Below, in pieces: positions 12,638 through 23,644 of a DNA stretch of 64,000 bases (positions are counted from its first letter, which is position 1; each line of letters starts with the position of its first letter). Where the stretch lies: the NCBI RefSeq assembly GCF_006345805.1, contig NC_042999.1:13888001-13952000 (forward strand). Direction: 5' to 3'. This DNA is from Octopus sinensis (Eukaryota). Both the position numbers and the translations under genes were made by a program. The notes beneath the pieces were generated by a model, which had not been told where the DNA came from, searched no databases, and saw only the letters and a list, made by a program, of their open reading frames with translations.

Positions 12638-12867
12638 TTAACCCTTTCGTTACCAACCCGGCTGAAACCGGCTCTGGCTCTGTAGTACAAATGTTTTGTT
12701 TTCATAAGTTTTGAATTAAAATCTTCCACCAAACTTTAGTCACAATTTATGTTCCTAACACTAGTTTAATGATAACTAAGTTATTTTACTAAATTCTTTG
12801 TTATATTTAAAATTAATTGAAAGAAACACAGAGCATCTCAACAGAAATATGGTAACAAAAGGGTTAA
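12638..12867. mobile_element. piggyBac-like MITE, copy 1
   Basis: ttaa-ccctttcgttacca ... tggtaacaaaaggg-ttaa. Confidence 0.8.
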
Positions 12868-12890
12868 AATATATAATAAAGAAACAATTC

Positions 12891-13079
12891 TTAACCCTTT
12901 CGTTACCAACCCGGCTGAAACCAGCTCTGGCTCTGAATACAAATGTCTTGTTTTCAATTTATGTTCCTAACACTAGCTGAAGGATAACTAAGTTATTTTA
13001 CTAAATTCTTTGTTATATTCAAAATTAATTGAAAGAAACTCAGAGCATCTCAAAATAAATACAGTAACAAAAGGGTTAA
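12891..13079. mobile_element. piggyBac-like MITE, copy 2 (internally deleted)
   Basis: Same TIRs and TTAA flanks; direct repeat of 12638-12867. Confidence 0.8.
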
Positions 13080-13651
13080 AGAAGAAAAACTAAGCCATTT
13101 TGCAAAAAATATTAAAGCTTGCAACATCTTTCATGAAAGAAATATGTGACAAGATAAAATTAGGAAAATTACTCTGTCAACTACACCATTAACTGCCTGG
13201 ATATTGTTTTATCAAAGAACTGGTCTGATGCTTAATATCAAGCAATTTCTGAGAATTTGAGTTGGCTATCATTTGCTTAAGTCCTTTGCTCTTGGTGGAG
13301 CATGGGCCAGAGATGTCTTTTCTCCCTTGTTCTTGAATCTGGGCTTTCTTTTCCTGCTTCCTCTCCCAAATCTTGTTGGTTTTGAATTATCATCAATGCT
13401 TCAATAACTTTGCCTTTTTTTCTAAGTAGGGTTGTTGGCCTTACCTAAACCCATTTTTACCTCTGCAAACTGATGGTCTATATTTGTTCAGGCTCTTCTT
13501 TCGTTTGACTTGTCCAGTATAAGAGGCCTTATCAGGAGCTTGTACTCCTCAGGAATAACTCTCAGGGCCATTGACGTCTATAAGCCAATGGACCTTACAG
13601 TGGATTCAAATGAATGATAAACATTTATTCTTATTTATTCTTTAATGAGTG

Positions 13652-14020
13652 TCATCATCATCATTTAACGTCTGTTTTCCATGCTGGTATGGGTTGTTCA
13701 ACTTGACAAGGAGCTGGCAAGCAGGAAGCCTGCACCAGGCTCCAGTTGTCTGTTTTGGCATGGTTTTATGGCTGGATGCCCTTTCTAATACCAACCACTA
13801 TACAAATTGTACTGGGTGCTTTTTATGTGGCACCAACATAGCTGCTTTTTACATGGTGCCAGCGTGAATGTTCTCTCCATGGTGCCAGCATGGGTGTTGT
13901 TGATATACCACAGCAGCATGGTTGCTTTATTCGTTTCTCTTCAAGCAACAACATCATCATCATCATCATCATCGTTTAGCATGGGTTGGACGATTCGACT
14001 AAGGTATGGCAAACCAGATG
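13652..14020 (-). mobile_element. Older RTE 3' UTR copies
   Basis: (CAT)n, gctggatgccctt and degenerate tandem units. Confidence 0.6.
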
Positions 14021-14114
14021 GATAACATTGTTTATTATGTTGTACTGTGAGTGTGTGTATGAATGTGTTTAAAAATTGTTATTTTCATTTATAAAATTCA
14101 TTCAATTATTTATG

Positions 14115-14332
14115 AGGTGGTGAGCTGACATGATCCTTAGCATGTCAGACAAAATGCTTAGCAGCATTTTGTCCATTTTTACATTCTGACTTCAGATTCC
14201 ACTGAGATTAACTTTGCCATTCCTCATCTCAGAATCGATAAAACAAGAAACAATTGAACACCAGGGTTGATATAATCAACTTAAATCCTCCCCCGAAATT
14301 GCTGGCCTTGTGCCAAAATTTGAAATCATTAT
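14115..14332 (+). mobile_element. SINE family 2, degenerate (tail type B)
   Basis: ggtggtgagctgac head and aattgctggccttgtgccaaaatttgaaa tail. Confidence 0.7.
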
Positions 14333-14764
14333 TTTGTTTATTTCTGAAAATACTTCATAAGAATGCATTTCAATTTTAGCATGAATGATATCTGGAAAAT
14401 AAGTTTCAGAATTCCATATTTTGACCAAACTTTCATGAACACAATCCTTCGTCAACGTGGGAAGCAGTGTACTCAATACATTTTGGAGAGTAAATCATTT
14501 ATTAGTATATATTAGTAGTTGTTAACTACTGAACCATGTCTTTAAGCTGCATGTTGATAGAAAACAATTTGTACATAGCAATCATCTGGGAAGATTAGAA
14601 AATAAAGAATCTTTGTTAAGTATGTAATTAGATTTCTAAAATACAAATTACTTATTTTTCAGTCGTTCTGTCTTATCAGATCCACTCAAAAACTGTTGTA
14701 AGCAAAGTGTTTAATATACACATGGAACTTAAAGTTATGGACTGGTAGTCAATAACAATTAGAG

Positions 14765-15142
14765 TATAATCATAGATACTGCATGCCCGAGAGAGGAAAG
14801 GGTATCAGACAGAGAAGAGAAGCTGGATAGATATGATGATTTGAAACAGGAGATAAAAAAGACGGTGGTCAGTGAAGAAAGTGAGTGTTATACATGTTGT
14901 TGTTGTTGTTGTTGTTGGAGCCTTGGGAACTGTAAGTATTATGATCGCAGTCTGGATTGAAAAGATAGGAGTTAAATGTGAAGATAAAGCATCTACCGAT
15001 GAAAAAAAGTATTGCTTGGAATTGTACAAAATCATGTGAAGAGTTCTTGAAGTCTGAACGAACAGTGTTACCTTAGTCCACTGGTTATGAACAGCTATAA
15101 CCTTGTTAGATTCTCCAGTGAAGTTGCTGTGTGAAACAACAT
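14765..15142 (+). mobile_element. Old R4/Dong-like LINE 3' end (REL endonuclease remnant)
   Basis: Translates IIDTACP...KLDRYDDLKQEIK...W...VV.GALG and ends in (TAA)n. Confidence 0.65.
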
Positions 15143-15158
15143 TAATAATGATAATAAT

Positions 15159-15213
<55 letters not shown>

Positions 15214-15215
<2 letters not shown>

Positions 15216-17406
15216 GCTAGTTCAGCTGCTCAATGGAATTATGAGAGACCCAAAGAGAACACCTGAATGGTTAGCAAGTGGCATTACTTACCTACTCCCA
15301 AAGAATAACGAAACAAACCTTCCAAAAAACTATCGGCCTATAACCTGTCTATCCACCACGTATAAAATCCTAACATCTATCCTGGCGGAGAAAACATATG
15401 CATTCATGGAGAAGAACGATATTTTCCCCATTGAACAAAAAGGGTGCTGCCAAGGCTCTTACGGATGCAAAGATCAACTGCTAATCAATCGTATGATCCT
15501 TGAGAACTGTCACAACAAGCGCAGAAATCTCAGCACCGCATGGATTGACTACAAAAAGGCCTTCGACAGTATACCGCATCCATGGATCTTAAGATCGCTG
15601 GACATCTTCAAAATTTCCCCTGTGATTTCAAACTTCCTGAAGCACAATATGTCGTTGTGGAATACGAATCTCCAATTATACCACTCTAATGGAGTACTTG
15701 CCTCAGAAAATATAAACATCAACTGTGGAATTTTTCAAGGTGACTCACTTTCACCTTTAATATTCTGCATAGCCCTAATACCCCTTACAAGTGAATTAAA
15801 CAGAACAGGGTATGGGTATAAAATTGCCAATAAAAAAATAAGCCACCTATTTTATATGGATGACTTAAAACTTTATGGTAAAGACAATAATGAACTTGAA
15901 GGCCTATTGCGCACCGTGAAAGCATTCAGCGATGACATCGGGATGGAGTTTGGACTTGAGAAGTGTGCCAAGGCCACTTTCCAGAAAGGGAAAGTGAAGA
16001 CCACAAATTCAGTCGTGTTAGATGTTGACACAGTCATAAGAGAGCTTGAGCAAGAACAAACATACAAATATTTAGGGATAAATGAAGGCTCTGGTATTCA
16101 CCATGCAAGCATGAAAGAGAAAATCAGGAAGGAATGTTATAGGAGAGTTCGTGCAGTCCTGAAATCTGAACTAAATGCACGTAACAAGGTGTTAGCTATA
16201 AATTCCTTAGCAGTTCCAGTTGTTACTTATAGCTACAATGTGTTGAACTGGAATATGAGTGAAGTAAAGAATATAGATAGAAAAATACGCAAGCTGCTGA
16301 GTTGTAATAGGATGCACCACCCAAAGGCAGACGTAGATCACCTTTACCTTCCCAGAGCCCAAGGAGGTCGAGGCCTGATCCAATTTGAACTAGCTTACAA
16401 AACAACCACAATTGGACTGGCCAAATATCTCGAAATATCGAATGACTGGATGCTAAAGCTTATGGAAAATCACGAGAGATGAAAGAAGCTTCATTCTATC
16501 ATAAAGGAAAGCAAAAAATTTGCTATTGATCTCGTGCAGGATACCCAAACGGAACAACCCGAGGGAGGTATGGCAACTATTGTTGCAAAGAAGGTGAAAA
16601 TGATGGCAATGAAAAAAGCGCACGAGCAATTGGCTGATAGGTGGGAGGAGAAACCTCTGCACGGCAAATATGTGACCCGCAGCAAACAAGCTGATGTTGA
16701 CCAGAAGTAAACCCATCAATGGCTACGGAGCTCAGGGCTAAAAGCAGAGAGCGAAGGTTTCATCCTGGCTGCTCAAGATCAAAGCCTATTAACCCGGAAC
16801 TACCAGGCCAATGTGATGAAAAATGGAGCAGACCCAAAATGCCGATTCTGCAATGACATGATTGAAACAGTGGACCACCTAATCTCTGGATGTAAAGTCT
16901 TAGCACCAGTGGAGTATAAATTAAGACATGACAGAGTTGGCCAATATCTCCACTGGCTAATAAGTCGGCATTACAGAATCAAAACTGCCGACAAGTGGTA
17001 TAATCACCACCCTGAGGCTGTAACTGAAGGAGAAAATGTAACCATTCTGTGGGACTTTCCAGTACATACAGACCGAACCGTCAAGGCCAATAAACCAGAT
17101 ATTGTTGTGAAAGACCAAAACAATAAAGTTTGCTTATTGATCGACATGAGCATCCCCTGTGATCATAATATCTCAGCGAAAGAGTTTGACAAGCTCAGAA
17201 AATATAAAGACCTACTCATTGAAATTGAGAAAATGTGGCATCTCAAGGCGGTTACAATACCAGTGATCGTAGGAGCACTAGGAATGATCAAGAAGGGAAC
17301 CGAAAATTATATGAGAATGATCCCTGGCTTACCATCCCTGCAAGAAGTGCAAAAGATTGTCTTAACTGGTACATCACACGTATTGAGAAGAGCATTGTCG
17401 ATGTGA
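15214..17406 (+). pseudogene. RT-REL ORF of the R4/Dong element, one frame with two nonsense codons
   Basis: ORFs 15103-16482 and 16813-17406 are in the same frame, with stops at 16480-16482 (TGA) and 16708-16710 (TAA). The poly-Ile N-terminus of the listed ORF is (TAA)n flank. Confidence 0.88.
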
Positions 17407-17589
17407 GAACTGTTGCTGCTCATGTATTTTAATTTAACTTTAAAAAAAAAAAATTAAAAAAATTAAAAATGCACGAACCACTGAGTTTGGTTTAATGGCC
17501 TACCATTGTATACTATGAGTTTCTTTGCCCTAGGAGTCGGGAAGACACTCGGCAAGAAATGGAAGCAAATTTGAAAGAAGAAAAAAAAG
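15214..17589 (+). mobile_element. R4/Dong-type non-LTR retrotransposon, 5'-truncated, in (TAA)n
   Basis: RT (NYRPITCL, WIDYKKAFDS, GIFQGDSLSPL, HLFYMDD), CCHC knuckle CRFC...DHLISGC, RHD, and REL motif KPDIVV..LLIDMSIP..K..KY; (TAA)n on both sides. Confidence 0.9.
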
Positions 17590-17699
17590 TAATAATAATA
17601 ATAATAATATTAATAGTAATCTCAAGGGTTAAAACAAACATTTAAAAAAAAAAAATTATTTATTAGACATTCACTAGTACAACACCAAAAAAACCCCAA

Positions 17700-17813
17700 A
17701 TATATGGCACACTAGGCATAACAACAACGTGAATTTCCAACCTGTTGTCTCTTGAGGTCTCTGGGTGAGACTTGGAGCCAACTTGTACAAACATAAAGCA
17801 AAAGTCAAACATA

Positions 17814-17815
<2 letters not shown>
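17700..17815 (+). mobile_element. 3' end of another (TAA)n-tailed retroelement
   Basis: gaggtctctgggtgagacttgg...aaacata followed by (TAA)n; a reverse copy lies at about 6697-6770. Confidence 0.5.
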
Positions 17816-17860
<45 letters not shown>

Positions 17861-17864
<4 letters not shown>

Positions 17865-18295
17865 TTTGTTCGTTTATTGGCCACAAGGGCTAACAAAAAT
17901 CAATTAAAACATAAAGGGACAAAACACAGGACAAAAGCTACAAAGGGTTTTGTCCGTTTGAAAAAGTCCGTGTACAAAAGCAGGATGACAACGAAAAATA
18001 AGTTACAATTAAAACTCCCAATAGGGGGAGGCGCTTCAAAAGGTTACTTGTGGAAAAACCCATAAAAGCCATGGGAGCCTGGTCAAAAGTGGGGTAGAGA
18101 GCCCCTTTCTCCTTTTATATTTCCTTTTAATTCTCACAGGTGTATCCTCAGAATTGGTCCGTTCATACTGGCCATTCTTGCGACGTTCACCCACCTTTCA
18201 ATAAACTTGCTACCAGACACCACTTCCCTCTCTACTCTCATCTTCCTTTTCAAGTGAAACTTGAAAAAGTTGATGAGGCCTTGGCCAAAGAGAAT
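17861..18295 (-). mobile_element. L1/Tx1-type LINE 3' end
   Basis: Minus frame GLINFFKFHLKRKMRVERE...KFIERW...RIHL*, then a 3' UTR ending gcccttgtggccaataaa. The clade call is from memory of such C-termini. Confidence 0.45.
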
Positions 18296-18310
18296 GATGA
18301 TAATAATAAT

Positions 18311-18848
18311 TGATGCAGTACCAGGCAGTGGCCCTCATGGCTTCCGATCTTAACTGATTGGAAGTGTTATCATGTACATTGTTTTGTCTTGGTATAAAAG
18401 ATGGGCTACAGCAAATATTCTGCTCAATACCACAAATTTGCTTGTCAATTGTTTGACCTTAACCAGTTGAGCATGTCCCTTAGTGGCTGATGATATGTGC
18501 ATCTCTGATCACGAGAAGAAGTAGTGGGAGAGCATCAAAGCCATGTGTTGAGAAGGATTCTTTGGGGGTTGGGTAATTCACCTCTGGAAGCATGGGTGTT
18601 TCGTTCATCATCCTTAAACAAACCTTATTCAGGGACCTTTTGAGTGGGATGGGTTACTCCACCTGAAGAAAATTCTAAATGAGCCCCACCTGCAAGGTCA
18701 TGCACTGTTTATCTTGATATGAAATCACCATGTTACGTACTGCTTGTGCCTAGTGTACCCTTATCAGACGGGTAGTCATGATGGGTATACTGGGCTTCGT
18801 ATATTTTTCACCAGTGTCACTTTGATGGCATGTACTGCTCTCTCACTC

Positions 18849-18849
<1 letters not shown>
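18311..18849 (+). mobile_element. About 540-bp non-coding repeat flanked by (TAA)n
   Basis: Further copies at 45519-46105 (minus) and 46888-47280 (plus); no ORF and no Pol III boxes seen. Confidence 0.75.
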
Positions 18850-18911
<62 letters not shown>

Positions 18912-18974
18912 AATGATCATAATAATAATAATAATAATAATAATAATTATAATAATGATAATAATAATAATAAT

Positions 18975-19685
18975 CACACTCTCTCCATTCCTATTCTGCT
19001 TAGCACTGACATCTTTACCTGACTTGCTAAATAGAACTGGATGTGGATACAGCTGTTATGGCAAAACAATCAGCCATCTCTTGTATATGGATAATCTTAA
19101 ACTGTACACTACAAACAATAGATAGCTAGAAACATTACTACAGACAGTTACATGGCTTCATCAAAGAAATAAACGTGAAATTTGGATTAGAAAATGTATC
19201 AAAGCAACCTTGAAAAGAGGAAAATTAGTTAAGAGTAGCAACATCACACTAGATAAAGCAAATGAATTAAGAGAATTAAACCAAAGCCAGATATACAAAT
19301 ATTTAAGAACCAATGAACTAGATATGATTCAACACACACAAATGAAACAGAAGATAAAAAAGGAATACTATAGATGAGTTAGATTAATACTGAAAACAGA
19401 GCTCAATGTGAAAAACAAGATAATAGCTATCAACACTCTAGCCGTCTTAGTTATAAGTTGTAGCTACAATATTTTAAACTGAACTCTAGCATTGAACTAA
19501 TCAAATTAGACAGGAAAACAAGAAAGATAATGAGAGGATTTAAGATGTATCACCCAAAACCTGACATAGAAAGGCTATATATACAACATATTGAAAGTGG
19601 TAGAGGCCTTATACAGCTAGAAAACTATTAATAAATAACTACCAAAGGACTACAGAAATACCTACTTCAGAAGCAAGGAAAACTA
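18975..19685 (+). mobile_element. Older R4/Dong-like RT fragment
   Basis: LLNRTGCGY...ISHLLYMDNLKLY, plus ELN..NKI.AINTLA and YHPK.DIERLY, with many stops. Confidence 0.8.
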
Positions 19686-20345
19686 TTAGGTTGTTCTGAA
19701 AATAATGATCGATTTCAGAAACATAATTTTATTCTGGAAAAATTCACAATAGAAATGTTTTGATTAAGTCAAAGTATGAGCCATGAACATCTATACATCT
19801 CTAACATTGATCAACGAGATTATTTATGCCTCATTGATAAAAACTTATTGGCTTTGATGCTAAGAAATCTTTGAAAGCTGATTCCACCTCTAGTTTGGAC
19901 CTGAAAGTTTTATCACTTAAAAACGTGTTTAAACGCTTTAAAAAAATGGTAGTCAGTGGGTGAAAGAACAGGTGAATATGGAGGATGTGGTAAAGTCTCT
20001 TGCAACATGTAGCTTTGCATTATCATGGAGCAAAATTAGGCCATGCTGATTCACCAATGCAGGTCTCATTTTTTTGCAAGTGGGCATGCATTTCAGCGAG
20101 TTGACTGCAGTAAACCTCTGCTGTAATGCTCTGATTGGCTTCCAGAAAGCTGTAATGGACAACACCAATTGCAGACCACCAGACAGTCACCATAATTTTT
20201 GTTGATGCAACTTTGGCTTTGGGAAATGTTTGGGGGACACATCATGATGAAGCCATTGACCCGATCATTTACAGTTATCATAAGGGATCCACTTTTTGTC
20301 ACAAGTGACTATATGGTCAAGAAAAGGATCATTGATGTTTCGCAG
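19686..20345 (-). mobile_element. mariner transposase remnant
   Basis: Minus-strand ILLHDNAKLH, TCDKKW and PPYSPV-like motifs; TIR-like end ttaggttgttctgaaaataatg. Confidence 0.75.
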
Positions 20346-21171
20346 ACAGCATTGAGCTCACTTGGTCAAAATAGGTCCAGGGTGGGATGATGAGGGGGTG
20401 TGTGTAAAAAAAAGGAGTTTTTAAAACTTTTTCATACAAAGATGCCCCCACTACACCATCATTTCAAAGGCTGTGGTTTAATAAAAAAAGGGGCAAATTC
20501 CTGAAAAAATTTCCATCACAAATTTCCCTATAATTGTGATCTATACCAACTCAAAGGGATTTGTATAAATTTTCATTAAAAGATACCCATCTTCCTGAAA
20601 GTTATGAGGGAAATAAGTCAGATCGTGTGAATTTTTCAAAACTCCTCTCTCCATCCCTTCCAAAAATTCCTTTCCTATAAATTCCTATATACTCTAAAGC
20701 CACAACATCTAAACAGTATTTGTAGAAAATTTTGTTAAAAAGTATCCATTTTTCTGGATGCTAATGAAGCAAGAAAGTCGGGGACGTATACATCTGTAGT
20801 AAAGCCATTTTATTTATTCGAATTTTTCATTCCATGTTTATTTCATTCATTGTTCAAAATGTCCTCTCTCCTACCCTCTCTCTCTCACACACTGCATAGC
20901 TCACAGATGGGCTGCTGAACTGAAATCTCTATGCTGCTTTGAGGGGAAGGTAAAACTTGATATTGTCGGATTACCGTGATGTTTGTTTAAAAAAAGAGAG
21001 ATTATGACTGTGATGAAATAATGAAAGCAATATTTACTAAGCAAGTGACCACTATTATACAAAGAAATAGTTAGACGTAAAGCATAAAAATTATTAGAAA
21101 TGGGAATCAAATGTGGAAAATATTACCAAGTGGCTAGAAGGAAACCTCCCAGAGGGCAGTCTTTCTGCTAG

Positions 21172-21203
<32 letters not shown>

Positions 21204-21400
21204 ATTGTATGTATGTATGTGTGTGTATATATAAATATATGGCTGGCTGCTAACAAATTTTTCTGCAATATAAGGATGTTCTATCCTGTGCATGCTATTC
21301 AACATTATTATTATGCATTTGAGAGTAAATTATTTCCATATCTGTATATTTCAATACATCTCAATGCTTCTGAAAAAGCAAACTTTGTTTACAAACATCG

Positions 21401-21469
<69 letters not shown>

Positions 21470-21514
21470 ATATACACACACACATACACATGCACACATA
21501 TATATAAATATATA

Positions 21515-21550
21515 TGTCCGATGAACAGGAATGTCAAACTCCAAGTAACA
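21515..21550 (+). ncRNA. Degenerate type I hammerhead ribozyme (family A)
   Basis: tgt CCGATGA aca ggaa tgt CAAAC tccaa GTA aca; G12 is mutated; downstream sequence matches 27521-27575 and 27850-27884. Confidence 0.5.
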
Positions 21551-23242
21551 GCTTTTGTTATATTTCTGCTGCTTTTAAATAAAGCATATTACTCTACCTC
21601 TGGTATTTGAGTGCTCTTTTTTCCACCTTGTTTCACATTTATGTGCTTACTCCAGTATATATATATAAATACATACACATGAAGTTAAGTATACATCTGG
21701 TCATAGAGTGACCAATGGTTTTGCATCCATAAAACGCTTAGCTTTATGGACTACTTGTCAGTCACTAATGGTGAAGGCCTTGTATCTCTTCAAACTGTAG
21801 AGGTAGAATTCCATTATGGTCTGTCAGTTAGTAAACAAAGAATAAACATTCCGGGTCGGTGAGGACAGGTTATCTCCCTCAGATCAATTCAGTTGGTAGT
21901 CCATACAGGCTAAAATGGCAAACTGGAAACTCTGCTCTCAAGTTGCTTCCAGCTTGTGCAGACTTTTTCAGATCTAATCAATGATTGGGGAATCCCATGC
22001 TTGCAGCAGGTGGCATTTGAAATATAAGCAGGGGCTATAAGTCTCATGTCAGAAATTTTATAATCCTAGTTCCAGGGTGTCTTTGAGGGCCATGATATTG
22101 TGTAAGCAAGTGTTACTGTTAAACAACTGAACCATGTGGCTATAGATAACGGATTTTCTATAAAACATATATATATATTATGTGGATGATAATATTTTCA
22201 ACTGAGAAGTTACAGTTGTATCTCATTGTTCAAGTGTTTCAATTCTATGTATATACATATATTTCCTCAACTCAATTTTGCTGACATTTATCAATGGTTT
22301 TAATGTGCCATTTCTCTTATTACTAAAGCTGTCAGCATTTAGACCATGGAAAAGCAGATGTTTCATATAATATATATACATGTATGTATTATGTGGACAG
22401 TAATATTTTCAACCGAGAAGTTACAACCACATTTGATTGTTCAAATTATTCAAATTCTGTGTATGTACATATTTGTCCTCAAATCAATTGCTGGCATTTA
22501 TCAATGGTTTTCTTCCTAGTTTTACTGTGCCATTTTCTTTCACTATTAAAACTGTTAGTATTTTTGATAACACAGGTATGTCAGTTTCCTCATATTACCC
22601 ATGATTGTAAAAGTGCATTGATTTTTTTTGTAGCAATTGTAGTGATAAATTCATTTGAAAGAGTCTGCTGTAGATTCTTAAATAAGTGAATACCCTAGTG
22701 ATTAATACAACGTAAAACATTGCTCTGCTAATAAGCAGCTTGCCAAGAAATCATCTAGGGAAACTATTTTGTCATGAAAATATTAACGATTGCAGTTTCA
22801 TTTTTTTCACTACAGCAAACTACTTAGTCAAATACTTCCACTTTCCTTTTTCTTTTGTCTCTAAGAGTCTTAGTGTCTTAGGATGTGTGTGGAGCTTTCC
22901 CTTACTCAGTGCTTGCAACAAAGCCTATCATGTGCAATCATCGTGCACCTCTTATTTAAACTCTCATTTCGTCTCACTTTCACCCTCTCTCTCCTTCTTT
23001 CTCCCAATACGATGTAAAGCCTTGGTTCCCAAACTTGTTCAAATTTTTCTTCCTACAGACACCCTCCTATTTTTCGAGGCTTCTCAGACCCTCACCATCT
23101 CCTCCCCAAAATGAAAAAAAACCCTGAGAAGACAAACAAAGCAAAATGACCTTGTATAAAATAACTTTTCATGAGATATGAGACAGGTGAACTTGTTTGG
23201 TCAGTAATGTATCCTCAATATTAGGCTGCATTTTTGATCCCT

Positions 23243-23640
23243 GCTTACGAAGACCTGTTGAGGCAAGTGAAATTGGAATCGAAATCGAAATCACTCAAAA
23301 ATCAACAGAAATTGTAGTTGTGATACCAGTGTCGGTGGCATGTAAAAGAACCATCCGAACGTGGCCATTGCCAGCACCGCCCCAACTGGCCTCCGTGCCA
23401 GTGGCATGTAAAAAGCACCAACCGATCGTGGCTGTTGCCAGCCTCACCTGGCACGTGAAAAGCACCCACTACACTCACAGAGTGGTTGGCGTTAGGAAGG
23501 GCATCCAGCTGTAGAAACACTGCCTGATCAGACTGGGCCTGGTGCAGCCTCCTGGCTTCCCAGACCCCAGTTGAACTGTCCAACCCATGCTAGCATGGAA
23601 AACGGACGTTAATCGATGATGATGATGATGACGACGATGA
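23243..23640 (+). mobile_element. RTE LINE 3' UTR
   Basis: Tandem gtggcatgtaaaaagcacc units, ggaagggcatccagctgtag and a (GAT)n tail. Confidence 0.8.
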
Positions 23641-23644
23641 CCCT

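Noticed and set aside
20360-20790. Helitron-like non-autonomous repeat with two degenerate internal units
   Set aside because: Termini are not identifiable and the family resemblance is from memory only.
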